The position numbers were made by a program, and so were the translations under genes. Below, piece by piece: positions 53,745-63,165 of a stretch of 64,000 bases of DNA. Position 1 is the stretch's first letter. Each line of letters opens with the position of its first letter. The DNA is taken from IMG/VR virus record IMGVR_UViG_3300025164_000635, positions 31,305 through 95,304 of that record. One strand, 5' to 3'. The notes under the pieces are model-generated. The model was not told where the DNA came from and made no database searches. It worked only from the letters and a program-made list of their open reading frames with translations. The DNA comes from a virus.

Positions 53745-54629
53745 ATGAGCAAGAAGAAGATAACTGAAGTCGTCGTTGACGAAGATGCAGCAACAACCCA
53801 GCTTGATTTCGCCCTCCTGGAGGCTGCCGAGGCGGCCCTGGAGGGTATCAAGTACACTGCCAAAGACCTCGACATCACACTCTTCCCGGACTCCTATCCG
53901 GGTCGGCGCGTCAGCCCGGAAGAGGTACGGGTGGCTGCAACAGTGGGCATCCTCCAGCCAATCGACCTGGAAGAGGACGACAAGGGCGGTTACATCGTCC
54001 GTGATGGGCATCGCAGGATCATGATGGCGCATGCCGCCGTGAAAGAGTATGACAGCAAGCGATGCCGCAAGATACGGGCGCACATCTACCCCAGTGACGG
54101 GGTGGTGGGCTCCATGCAGACCCTGATCCTCAACAATACACGTTCCAGCAACCCGCTCGCCGAGTTCAGTGCTATCCTTGAGCTTGAGAAGGAAGGCTAC
54201 TCAGACCGGCAGATTGCTGTGGGAACCGGCATGGATACTGTGACGATCAAGAAACGCCGGAAGTTGGCGAAGCTGGACAAGAGGCTCCGAAGGGCGTGGG
54301 CAGCCGGGAAGATGACCAACCTAGGAGCCGAGGTCGTGGCCGCCTGGAGCAAGACCTACCAGGACCGCCTAGCCGAGATGCTGGAAGACGGAGAGCACGA
54401 AAAGATCACGGCGAAAGACCTTGCCGAAGTGAGGACGGAACGCCGGGAAGCCGCAACTGCGTCCCTGCCGACTTCCATGTTCCAGAATGTGCCTACCGGC
54501 ACGGTGGAGTCTTGGGCGGCCGTTTCGCGGCGAAACGTTCAGCGCATCCTGGCTGGCGTCCCCCAGAAGGCCCAGGACGTCCGGGAGGCGCTGGAGGACG
54601 TCCTGGCTACCCTGGAGAGGTATCCATGA
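53745..54629 (+). CDS. parB: ParB/Spo0J-family protein
   Basis: GILQPI...YIVRDGHRR (GxxRxxA-type box), N..R...PL.E, HTH GYSDRQIAVGTGMDTVTIKKR. Confidence 0.8.
   Translation: MSKKKITEVVVDEDAATTQLDFALLEAAEAALEGIKYTAKDLDITLFPDSYPGRRVSPEEVRVAATVGILQPIDLEEDDKGGYIVRDGHRRIMMAHAAVKEYDSKRCRKIRAHIYPSDGVVGSMQTLILNNTRSSNPLAEFSAILELEKEGYSDRQIAVGTGMDTVTIKKRRKLAKLDKRLRRAWAAGKMTNLGAEVVAAWSKTYQDRLAEMLEDGEHEKITAKDLAEVRTERREAATASLPTSMFQNVPTGTVESWAAVSRRNVQRILAGVPQKAQDVREALEDVLATLERYP
54521..54537. repeat. parS-like palindrome copy 5 (inside parB)
   Basis: CGTTTCGCGGCGAAACG. Confidence 0.8.
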
Positions 54630-54838
54630 GCCCACACAACAAGATCGTCAAGTTCGTGCTCAAGGGAAGGGAGATTGTCTACACAAGTATCCCCGAAGGG
54701 GTTACTTTAGTTGTGGACGATGAGGACACTCGAACTACCCTCCAGGTTCAAGCCAATGGTTTCAAGACCCGTTACGACTGGTTCGACAAGGATGGCAAGC
54801 CAACCAAGCACCACCCGGACGTAAAGAGGAGATTGTAA
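54626..54838 (+). CDS. Hypothetical protein
   Basis: ATGA overlap, start 54626. Confidence 0.55.
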   Translation: MSPHNKIVKFVLKGREIVYTSIPEGVTLVVDDEDTRTTLQVQANGFKTRYDWFDKDGKPTKHHPDVKRRL

Positions 54839-54839
54839 G

Positions 54840-55058
54840 TTGAAAATCCAACTCGTGTTCGATGACTGGCGGCGGGCTAGAGGGAAGAAGGAGTCGATTT
54901 ACTATACCGATGAGGGCGTCGAGCTCTCAATGGGCGAATTCCACTCTGGCACTACCTTTAATGCCACGATCGATGTGGAGTATGAAGAGGACTGGTTGCG
55001 TGAGCAACTCGAGGCTGGCTACGAACCGGTCTTCTATGTCATCCTACCGGAGAAGTAG
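54840..55058 (+). CDS. Hypothetical protein
   Basis: GAGGAG RBS, TTG start. Confidence 0.55.
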   Translation: MKIQLVFDDWRRARGKKESIYYTDEGVELSMGEFHSGTTFNATIDVEYEEDWLREQLEAGYEPVFYVILPEK

Positions 55059-55060
55059 CT

Positions 55061-55285
55061 ATGTCTGACCCACTGAAAGCCCCATGCGGCAAGACGAATA
55101 GCCGATCCGGGAAACCCTGGACTTGGAAAAGCCTGGAAAACCATATCACCCAGTGCAAGGCTTGTCGGGCGGAACCGGTAGAAGAAGAAGACCTGGGCCT
55201 GGAGATGACCGAGCTCATCGCGGCGGGCGAGGAGCTCGACGGTGTTTTCTGGGGGATTGCCTTCGAGATGGGCGAGGGGTGGTGA
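55061..55285 (+). CDS. Small zinc-finger-like protein
   Basis: PCGK...L.NH..QCKAC. Confidence 0.55.
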   Translation: MSDPLKAPCGKTNSRSGKPWTWKSLENHITQCKACRAEPVEEEDLGLEMTELIAAGEELDGVFWGIAFEMGEGW

Positions 55286-55297
55286 GATGAATGGGGC

Positions 55298-55326
55298 TTG
55301 ACAGCCTTCTCGGAAACCCCTATAAT
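55298..55326 (+). promoter_or_regulatory. Perfect consensus sigma70 promoter
   Basis: TTGACA-17-TATAAT. Confidence 0.8.
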
Positions 55327-55332
55327 CTCTGA

Positions 55333-55482
55333 CTGTAGGGCCTCAGCGTACTCGCACCACGCAGAGCCCTCAGCCAGGCCGGGCCTCGCAGAACCCCATG
55401 CTGCGGGCCCGCCAGGATAAACCCTTGGGGCCTTGTGCCCCGTGATGGGAGCGCCAGTGTGATCGTCATCACACTGGCGCTC
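55333..55482 (+). ncRNA. Structured leader or small RNA downstream of the promoter
   Basis: Four consecutive hairpins; the last is a perfect 16-bp stem GGAGCGCCAGTGTGAT-cgtc-ATCACACTGGCGCTCC. Confidence 0.5.
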
Positions 55483-55504
55483 CGTGCTTGTGAAAGGTGA
55501 AGCA

Positions 55505-55810
55505 ATGCTACAGTTTGCACTCATCACCTACCATCCCTGCGATGACTACTCTCGGCAGTTGTGTCTGCTCCGGGAAGAGTATGACGGCGGCTGGTGGGTG
55601 AAGCACCTAGATGGGAAGACCAACTACTACTTCAACGACCGGCTACGTCCCCTCAGCATCTATCGGCTCACTCGCCGGCGTGAAGTCGAGGCGGCCGCCA
55701 TCATTGGTCAGGATGACGATCTTGCGGCCGTCCGTCTTCTTAGCCAATTCAGCCAAATCCGCGAACGGCGTCGGCTTCCAGGACTCATGCGGGGCAGGGG
55801 CAGCCGGTAA
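55505..55810 (+). CDS. Hypothetical protein (3' end overlaps antisense gene)
   Basis: AAAGGTG RBS. Confidence 0.4.
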   Translation: MLQFALITYHPCDDYSRQLCLLREEYDGGWWVKHLDGKTNYYFNDRLRPLSIYRLTRRREVEAAAIIGQDDDLAAVRLLSQFSQIRERRRLPGLMRGRGSR

Positions 55811-56242
55811 AGCTGCGGGGTCGCGCTCGATGGCCCGCTCACGGGGGGTCATCACCCCCTCGGGCAACATCCGTCCAAAGAAGATCTCGAAGATTCGAGC
55901 GCGCGCAATCTCCGATTCACCGTTATGTAGCATGTCCATCATGGCTGAGAAGACACCATCGGCCTCATCAAGCACTCGACGATTCAGACGAATGCTGGCC
56001 TCGGCCCGGGCTGTGGTCAGGGCAGCCGCCTCCATCTGACGCACCACCTCTAGCTCTCCCACAACTGCCTCTTCGATAGCCTTCACATCCTCTTCGTGCT
56101 CTCGGAGAAGCGCATAGAAGGTACTGCGGCTCATTCCTAGGTTTTCTTCCTGGAAGACCTGGGCAACGCTCTTTCCCTCACCGTGTACCTTCTGGAAGAC
56201 TGTCCAGAGGGAAATCCTGTAAACTTGCAAGTCAGTTCCCAT
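55643..56242 (-). CDS. HTH protein, possible terminase small subunit
   Basis: N-terminal HTH GKSVAQV...GMSRSTFY, long helices; only minus-strand gene in the right arm. Confidence 0.5.
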   Translation of the reverse strand: MGTDLQVYRISLWTVFQKVHGEGKSVAQVFQEENLGMSRSTFYALLREHEEDVKAIEEAVVGELEVVRQMEAAALTTARAEASIRLNRRVLDEADGVFSAMMDMLHNGESEIARARIFEIFFGRMLPEGVMTPRERAIERDPAALPAAPAPHESWKPTPFADLAELAKKTDGRKIVILTNDGGRLDFTPASEPIDAEGT

Positions 56243-56363
56243 ATACCAAGTTTAACACAGATGGGGCCTGCCGGCCTATAGGAGAAATGGAGACATCCCC
56301 GACGCAACCAGGGATGTCTCTTCGAGAGGGAGAACACACACTCATCGCCAGGAGTATTATACT

Positions 56364-56636
56364 ATGAGACTCTACATACTAGGCACTGATTACACCAGCA
56401 CAAAGGTAGATTGGGTAGACCTGGAGAACTTCGCCAACCCCAACGGACACACACTCCTGCTGCTTGATGATCACAACGATCTCGTCGGCTCCCAGCTCTC
56501 TGAAAGATTCCCAGTGGATGTGACAGAGTTCGTCGCGGAGCGCAAACGGGAGGCCGAGTTCTGGTCAGCTATTGATAAGTTATCCTCCGAGAAGGCGATT
56601 GCGCTACTTACCGCCTGGCTCGAGAGGAGCCGGTAG
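56364..56636 (+). CDS. Hypothetical protein
   Basis: AGGAG RBS. Confidence 0.55.
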   Translation: MRLYILGTDYTSTKVDWVDLENFANPNGHTLLLLDDHNDLVGSQLSERFPVDVTEFVAERKREAEFWSAIDKLSSEKAIALLTAWLERSR

Positions 56637-56700
56637 AACGGCTGTTCTTCCTGGTTTGAAACTTGGCCTGAAACTCTAACCGGAAATATCCCAAAGGGGC

Positions 56701-56729
56701 TTGACTTTCCCGGTTTCGTGGGTTACACT
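56701..56729 (+). promoter_or_regulatory. Sigma70-type promoter for the replication operon
   Basis: TTGACT-17-TACACT. Confidence 0.55.
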
Positions 56730-56849
56730 GAAGCCGCGTTTCAGACGCGCGTTCAGTGTAACCCACCCCGGAGCCGGGGAGCACTTAACAGAGTATCTAC
56801 AGAGTGTCCAGGAAGTCCCACTTCCTGGATTGGCTGAGGAGAATTAGCG

Positions 56850-57755
56850 GTGCGAGTGGATCTTCGCCCCCTGGGCGATGATGGTTCAACTGTTGCACAT
56901 TCCCCCTCCCTTGAGGAAATCCGTTCACGTCTACCGACCCTAGAAGAGATCGACGCCAAGATCGAGTCCGGTGAGTGGTCTGACGAAGGCCGTGAACTCA
57001 CCGAGGATGAGAAGGCTCGGGCCAGAGAAGAGAGAGCCGAGAAGCCCATCCGCAACGACCTCGCGGCCAAGGGGGAGCAGGTCATCATTTCACTGCTCAA
57101 GACACAACTCTTCCAGGCCGTCAACGTTCGCAAAGCTCCAACTCGTCTCCAGAACATCTTCAGTCAGGGTCATGTCGTCGGCCAGTTTCGGGAATCGGTC
57201 GACGTCGACGTCCTGTCTGACCGAATCCCACTTCTGGTGAACGGTGACATCCTCTGGCCGGCCCTTCGTTGTGAAGTCAAGTCCATTTCCGGTCCAAGCT
57301 GGCCTCTCAGCAAGCTCTCCCATACCGAAGTTTCCTATCTGGACGACGCTGTTCACGCTAATCAGGCTGCTTGGTTAGCGTTGGTGTGGTTCTCTCAGAC
57401 GGTGACATGCAAATGGTGTGGTCACTTCTTCGTGGCAAAACGATCCAAGAGGGAGGTTTTATGCGTCCAGTGTAAGGGAATGACGTCGGCCCGCAAGACC
57501 AAGCTGGACGCCTACCTGATCCATCTATTCTCGTGGCGCCGGTGGAATCTCGTCTTGGACTTGATGCAAAGCAGGGTAGCGGGCAACTACCAAGGCAAGT
57601 CGATCAGGCTCCAGGAGCATCCCCACCTGGAAGAGTACGCCATTCACAAAGTGAAGGGACGCTGGATCCTGAGTGATAACCACTGGCTCCGAGCACTCCT
57701 ACCGTCTCTGCATGGCCTACAGCCTGAATACGAACAGGTGGAGATGTCGATATGA
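56850..57755 (+). CDS. PD-(D/E)xK nuclease (resolvase-like) with zinc ribbon insert
   Basis: KGEQ, VDVDV, CEVKS; CKWC...CVQC. Confidence 0.6.
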   Translation: MRVDLRPLGDDGSTVAHSPSLEEIRSRLPTLEEIDAKIESGEWSDEGRELTEDEKARAREERAEKPIRNDLAAKGEQVIISLLKTQLFQAVNVRKAPTRLQNIFSQGHVVGQFRESVDVDVLSDRIPLLVNGDILWPALRCEVKSISGPSWPLSKLSHTEVSYLDDAVHANQAAWLALVWFSQTVTCKWCGHFFVAKRSKREVLCVQCKGMTSARKTKLDAYLIHLFSWRRWNLVLDLMQSRVAGNYQGKSIRLQEHPHLEEYAIHKVKGRWILSDNHWLRALLPSLHGLQPEYEQVEMSI

Positions 57756-57934
57756 AGAAGCCCACCGAAAAGCAAGAGGATGGCCCGTTAGCCACCTGGG
57801 CCAAGGAACATGGCTTCCCGGCCCTCACCGATGAGGCACTTAGGGAGGCTACAGAACAACAAGAGGACAAGCGCCTGGCTCACATGGCTCGCTTCGTAAT
57901 CTTCTTTCGTCAGGCGACAAAGAGAGAGAGATGA
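57752..57934 (+). CDS. Hypothetical protein
   Basis: ATGA overlaps. Confidence 0.5.
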   Translation: MKKPTEKQEDGPLATWAKEHGFPALTDEALREATEQQEDKRLAHMARFVIFFRQATKRER

Positions 57935-58818
57935 CCAACACCTCCCTAATAAAAATTCCATCGCCAGATATTCCCGTCATCAGCACGGGCCTGGAAGAAC
58001 TCGCTATCGAGTCGGCACGTGATGCCGCGCTCAGAACACTCGGCCTAAATTCCGAAGAGAACGAGCCACTTGTCCTGACGGCAGAGCAGAACGCCCAGTG
58101 CAACCATTTGGCGCTTCGCAAGATGGTCGTGGCCGAGGGGGTCACTCAGGCAGCGATCATGCGGCTGGCACTCCGTGTCTACGCGAACTCTGAATGGACG
58201 CTACTTGACCTAGAGACCTTCGACCAGTACGTGAACTCTGTACTGACGCACGAGGACGGGGACGGCCCCATCCCGGCCGCCATGCGGAAGTACCGTCACC
58301 TGCTGCGTTCCAGCATACCTGTCCTGCACGCACTGGACATCAATCCCGTCAAGGTTGTCATTCCCGGAGAAAATGGGGATGATCCAGAAAAGGTCGAAGT
58401 CAGGGCGCAGCATTTCATAGACAGACCGAGCCTCTTCCAGGAGATTGACTCGTTGCTCCGAGACGTAGTTCCATCGACCCCGAAGGGACGTGCTCGCATT
58501 AAGAAAGCAGTCACTCTGGCCGTCACTGCCAAGAGCCGGGAAGAACTCAGGCGTCAGCGCTTCCTGGTCAGAAATCCTCAGCCTCCTCCATCCCGATCAA
58601 GAGGACGGATCCAGCTCGTGAGTTTCCTGGAGCCGACCCTGGACGAAAATGGGAATCCTGTCCTTGAGACAGTCAAGAGGCACGGCCTGCCCTGGGAGCG
58701 TCAGCGTGTGGACTCACGGCCTGGTTGGCGTATCACCATCGAAGCGACTGACCAGGAACACCTGGAGTACATCCAAGACGTGCTCAGTACGCGCGTCGAG
58801 TTCGTCGAGGAGAGTTAG
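57931..58818 (+). CDS. Hypothetical protein
   Basis: 295 aa in replication operon. Confidence 0.65.
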   Translation: MTNTSLIKIPSPDIPVISTGLEELAIESARDAALRTLGLNSEENEPLVLTAEQNAQCNHLALRKMVVAEGVTQAAIMRLALRVYANSEWTLLDLETFDQYVNSVLTHEDGDGPIPAAMRKYRHLLRSSIPVLHALDINPVKVVIPGENGDDPEKVEVRAQHFIDRPSLFQEIDSLLRDVVPSTPKGRARIKKAVTLAVTAKSREELRRQRFLVRNPQPPPSRSRGRIQLVSFLEPTLDENGNPVLETVKRHGLPWERQRVDSRPGWRITIEATDQEHLEYIQDVLSTRVEFVEES

Positions 58819-58821
58819 AGA

Positions 58822-59295
58822 ATGCCACAGATTGACGTGCCTACCGGCACACGTGAGATAAGCTGTCCGCAGTGCGCGGCCGCCATTGTGATTTCCAGAC
58901 GGAAGTACGACAATCCGATCTACTGTGAGGCTTGCGGATGCTCACTGCAAATCAGAGATGAGGATACAGGAGACTGGCTGAACCTGTGGTGGGCTCCCCT
59001 GGAGTCTGAGCTTGCCCGCTTCATGGGCAAGACCTTCGGTGTCATACGGTTCCCGTCCGAGGCGATGTCGCTGCGATGGGGACGGTTCGAGAGACGGCAC
59101 GAGGCCGAGAGGATCAAAGCGGCCGCCCATGTGGCCCTGGAGAGGATGTCAGCCCACCCCATGCGAGATCTGTGCTTCTCGACGGTGATCGCTATGATCG
59201 AGAAGCGGGACAGCGTTTCGCCGCGAAACGTTGATGACGCTCAGGACACTGAGGTTGTGGTAGGAATCAATCCTCTCAGGAGCAGGCGATCGTGA
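58822..59295 (+). CDS. Zinc-ribbon protein
   Basis: CPQC...CEAC. Confidence 0.6.
   Translation: MPQIDVPTGTREISCPQCAAAIVISRRKYDNPIYCEACGCSLQIRDEDTGDWLNLWWAPLESELARFMGKTFGVIRFPSEAMSLRWGRFERRHEAERIKAAAHVALERMSAHPMRDLCFSTVIAMIEKRDSVSPRNVDDAQDTEVVVGINPLRSRRS
59214..59230. repeat. parS-like palindrome copy 6
   Basis: CGTTTCGCCGCGAAACG. Confidence 0.8.
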
Positions 59296-60896
59296 GCCTA
59301 GCCACCGAAACCCGAAAGGTTGAACTCAGATTGTTGGGCTTGTCGGTCGTTCTGCCGACCGACAATGGAGCGCTGGATGTGATTCGGTCTATCGTCCGGG
59401 ACATAGCTATGCGCTTCCCAGTGGATAGTCAGCTAGATTGGCTCTTTCATGATGTACAGATTCGTGCCATCATGAAGGTAGCTGTGGATGCCGTAAAGCT
59501 CGGGGCCGATCCCGATCCGCACAACATTGCCCAGGCCATTATTGCTTATGGCCTAAGCGATGCCTTTAAGTCGCTTGATTCTGATGTGATTGCTAAGCGC
59601 ATTGAGACTCTAGTCCAGGAAGGGCGGGGGGATCAAGTTCCGACGCCGGCTCTGGCTCGCTTTGTGAGTGGGTCTCTGACCAAGCTCAGCCAACAGAGAC
59701 GCTTGGAAAGTGCTGGTCACATGGTGCTTGATGAGGTAGAGCACGGGGAAGGAGACGCTTCCCGGCGCTACCGTCAGGCCACCCAGATCTGGGAGTCGGC
59801 TGCTCCTCCTGTGGCAAACCTGGCTTCCAGGACCGGAACAGAAATGGCTGCAATCCACGGGTATGAGATGGCATTACGTGCAGCCGGGACCGAGAAGGGG
59901 TTACCACGCATGGAATTGCCGGGTGTCTTTGGCCTGGGCCGGGCTAGAACCCTGTCGGGCGGACAGCGGTCTGTAGTGCCGCTACACCTTTCCCCTGGCT
60001 TGGCGACTCTGGTCACTGCCAAAAGCGGATTCGGCAAGACTATGATGGCAAACGAAATCGCGTTCACCAATGCGGTCAGGGGTCTCAGAGAAGGATACCC
60101 ATACATTCAAGTCCTGTTCCTGCACGATGAGGACATTCCGCCACTCGTGATGGATCGATACGCGGCGCGTGTGACCGGCTTCCCGGTTGGGGAGCTGGAA
60201 GAGGGCTACCACCAAGAAGAAGTGGCAGCCGCCTTCACTGACTGTGCTGACTGGCTGGATCAGATTCACTTTGTCCACTGTCCAGGTGCTCGAATCCCAG
60301 ACCTGATCGATTCTGTCCGGGATCACGCGGCCCGCCTGGATCAGGGTCAACAACTCCTGGTCATCATGGACTACATCAGTGGACAGAAACTCAACTTGAT
60401 TGACATGCCGGGTGACAACGATGCGTACAAGCTGAATGCTGCCTTCAATGAATTCAAGAAGGCTGCGGAGGCACTTACTCGGCAGGAAGGTGAGGGCTCC
60501 ATGTATCGGGGAGAGGTACATGTTGTCATGCTGAGCCAGTTGAATGACCAGGACACGCCATATGGCAACCGGGGCGCGGCTTTCTTTGGTCAGTTGTGGA
60601 TTAACTTGGTACGCCGGGAAGTGGAAATGGATGAGCTCAACATGACCGACCTCATCAACAAGGCATACGAGCGGGTGTATGGGCTACCGCCCGAACGCCA
60701 GGAAGAGCACATCATCACCCGTGGCAACATGGCGCCCATCGCCATGCTCAAGGTCGTGAAGCAAAACATGGGCCCCACGCCGGCTTCTTGGGTGTTGTTG
60801 GACCCGAGGCGCTTCCTTTTCCTGGGGCCACATCCAGATGCCAAGACTTTGTGGTACGAGAGCTGTTGCGCCTACCGGCGCATCGACAAAGACTAG
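59292..60896 (+). CDS. DnaB-like replicative helicase
   Basis: AKSGFGKT, VIMDYI, LSQLN, VVKQN.G. Confidence 0.8.
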   Translation: MSLATETRKVELRLLGLSVVLPTDNGALDVIRSIVRDIAMRFPVDSQLDWLFHDVQIRAIMKVAVDAVKLGADPDPHNIAQAIIAYGLSDAFKSLDSDVIAKRIETLVQEGRGDQVPTPALARFVSGSLTKLSQQRRLESAGHMVLDEVEHGEGDASRRYRQATQIWESAAPPVANLASRTGTEMAAIHGYEMALRAAGTEKGLPRMELPGVFGLGRARTLSGGQRSVVPLHLSPGLATLVTAKSGFGKTMMANEIAFTNAVRGLREGYPYIQVLFLHDEDIPPLVMDRYAARVTGFPVGELEEGYHQEEVAAAFTDCADWLDQIHFVHCPGARIPDLIDSVRDHAARLDQGQQLLVIMDYISGQKLNLIDMPGDNDAYKLNAAFNEFKKAAEALTRQEGEGSMYRGEVHVVMLSQLNDQDTPYGNRGAAFFGQLWINLVRREVEMDELNMTDLINKAYERVYGLPPERQEEHIITRGNMAPIAMLKVVKQNMGPTPASWVLLDPRRFLFLGPHPDAKTLWYESCCAYRRIDKD

Positions 60897-60897
60897 A

Positions 60898-62118
60898 ATG
60901 GGAACTCAACGATTAAGCGTGCGAGAAAAAGCCTTTCCCTACGACGAATACAAGGGGCGCTATTCGATGTTGGCTGTGGTGCAGGCGAGTGGCATTGCCA
61001 AGGCCGGCCCACAGCACAGCCGAACGGGCGTCCAGTTCTTCTGCCCATTTCACGCGGACACGAAGAGTGCGAGTTTCCACATCCGGTCGCGTTTCGGCCA
61101 GTGTTTCGGCAGTTGTGGATGGAAAGGAGACATCTTCGACTTCATCCGAGAGTGGTGGAGGCGGGACGGCATCCCCTTCCCGGAAGATCATTTTGAGAAG
61201 GCCGCGGTTGAGTGGCTGGAGAAGGCCGAGCGGGACAACCTGCTGCGCTCTGGCGTCGTTCCCGATGTCAACGGCCGGGACTGGTCTATCGAGGCTCACT
61301 GGCCGTACATGCGCGCCGACGTATACCACCAGAACCTTCTCCAGGACGAGAATCACATCTTGTACTTCCTGATGAGGGGTTGCAACTGGGATACCATCAC
61401 CCGGCACTACCTAGGGTACAATCGGGGCAATCACCGATATACCATCCCGATCCGGAATCATATTGGACTGTACGGCGTGAAGATGCGTCGGGATGAGGAG
61501 CACTACCGGGCGACCTTCGCCGAGAAGGGTGACGAGTGGCTGCGGCACCAAATGAGTGTGATGCGCTACCACCGGCTGGAGCATGCCCAGACGACCGGCG
61601 TCCTTCCGGTTGAGCCGACTGAAGAGGATGTATACAATTCATTCTGTGCCAAGTACATCTGGGGTAAAGGAGACTGTGTCTGGTTCTGGAACGAGGACCG
61701 TCTACTGGTTCGACCCCAGACCTATCTCCCCTACGTCTTTCTCACAGCCGATGAGATGTCTGGTCTCATCCTAGAGCAGTTGGGCTACGCAGCGGTGGCA
61801 ATGGGCAGTGACGCCAGTTTCCCGAAGGGCGACACCATCCTGCACTACCGAAGTGAGGGGAAGACATTCCAGATCAGGATAGCCGACGTATTCCAGCATG
61901 TCATGAAGGTGTACCTGGTAGCCGACAATGATGATTCAGGCTTGGCCGGCGCAAAGCGGAGAGCATTGGCCATTGGGCCATCCAAGTGTGAGATTCTCCG
62001 TGTGCCGGACAAGCAGTTCAAGGACCCCGCGGACTTCTACGTTGGAGAAGGGGAGACGGCTTTCCGGCACTGGCTGGTAGGCATCCCAACATTAAGTGAG
62101 TTGGGCCTGAGTCGTTAG
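60898..62118 (+). CDS. DNA primase (CHC2 zinc finger + TOPRIM)
   Basis: CPFHAD...SF...CFGSCGWKGDIFD; YLVADNDDSG; KDPAD. Confidence 0.85.
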   Translation: MGTQRLSVREKAFPYDEYKGRYSMLAVVQASGIAKAGPQHSRTGVQFFCPFHADTKSASFHIRSRFGQCFGSCGWKGDIFDFIREWWRRDGIPFPEDHFEKAAVEWLEKAERDNLLRSGVVPDVNGRDWSIEAHWPYMRADVYHQNLLQDENHILYFLMRGCNWDTITRHYLGYNRGNHRYTIPIRNHIGLYGVKMRRDEEHYRATFAEKGDEWLRHQMSVMRYHRLEHAQTTGVLPVEPTEEDVYNSFCAKYIWGKGDCVWFWNEDRLLVRPQTYLPYVFLTADEMSGLILEQLGYAAVAMGSDASFPKGDTILHYRSEGKTFQIRIADVFQHVMKVYLVADNDDSGLAGAKRRALAIGPSKCEILRVPDKQFKDPADFYVGEGETAFRHWLVGIPTLSELGLSR

Positions 62119-62246
62119 ATGTCACAGGTCTGAGCTACAATAGACTCCAGAAGGGAGTACAGAGTGGTCGAGTTCTTCAGCTATCCCCTTGTTATTGGTC
62201 TCATGGTCTACCGGGCATTCAGAAACGCCACCAGGAGGTAATTCAC

Positions 62247-62762
62247 ATGGTAACTGTGTTGGACGAACTGCGTCGTGTTCTGTATACCCAACGTCTGGGT
62301 ATGCTGAATGTACTCGTGAACGATGCCGTGCGAGAGTCGGACGGCTCGGTTCTCTTCCCGGCCAGTATGTTGAAAAACTTGGAGGATCAGGCGGGTATCC
62401 CGTTTGATCGATTGTCGGGCGCCGAGAAGGACGATTGGGCGCCTGTCAAGTTGGCCGAGTGGCCCCTACTGGTTATCCCATGTCCTTCCTGCCATCTGGT
62501 AGAGGTCTTGACCTTCGGAAGGCTCGGCATCCAGTGTCACCACTGCGGTCACCGGCCCTGGCGCTTCGGGGTAGTTCAGGCGAGTGGCGCAACTGCTCTC
62601 ATGGACACCTCTCACCAAGTAGCGGCCTATTTGATTGGCCGCGATCTGGCAAACTACAAAATCTACAAGGACGGTCAGGAGGTTCCTCTTCAGGGAGCTT
62701 CAGTGGCAGACATTGAGCTTGAGCTGACCGTGGCTGGTACCAGGATGGAAAGAGATGTTTAA
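62247..62762 (+). CDS. Hypothetical protein with zinc ribbon
   Basis: AGGAGGT RBS; CPSC...CHHC. Confidence 0.6.
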   Translation: MVTVLDELRRVLYTQRLGMLNVLVNDAVRESDGSVLFPASMLKNLEDQAGIPFDRLSGAEKDDWAPVKLAEWPLLVIPCPSCHLVEVLTFGRLGIQCHHCGHRPWRFGVVQASGATALMDTSHQVAAYLIGRDLANYKIYKDGQEVPLQGASVADIELELTVAGTRMERDV

Positions 62763-63165
62763 CCGAGAAGAACAGCGGGAACTCAATATCTATCGATCAC
62801 AACTGCGCTACCTGGATAAGCACTCTCATGGCCCTGCTTCCCGGCCGTCCGTGCAAGCCTTAGTCATCTCGCTCAACAAGGCTTTCTCGGCATCCCTCAC
62901 ACACGAGGAACGCATTGCCATCTGGCTTGGGTTGTGCGAGTACAATCCAACCTACTTCGACACAACTAATCTGTTCACACGAGGGGCTGCCTGGCTGACC
63001 ATTCAATGGCTGCACTTTGAATTGGATGATCAGGAACACTCTGAGAGTATTGTGAACCTACCGGTTCGGGAAGTGGTGGTCACCATCTTGAAGAAGGTGG
63101 CCATGGAAGCGCTTGGATACATCCCCTTCCAGGAAGAAGTCGAAGAAGAGGTTATGATTGCATGA
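62755..63165 (+). CDS. Hypothetical protein
   Basis: 136 aa in operon. Confidence 0.55.
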   Translation: MFNREEQRELNIYRSQLRYLDKHSHGPASRPSVQALVISLNKAFSASLTHEERIAIWLGLCEYNPTYFDTTNLFTRGAAWLTIQWLHFELDDQEHSESIVNLPVREVVVTILKKVAMEALGYIPFQEEVEEEVMIA

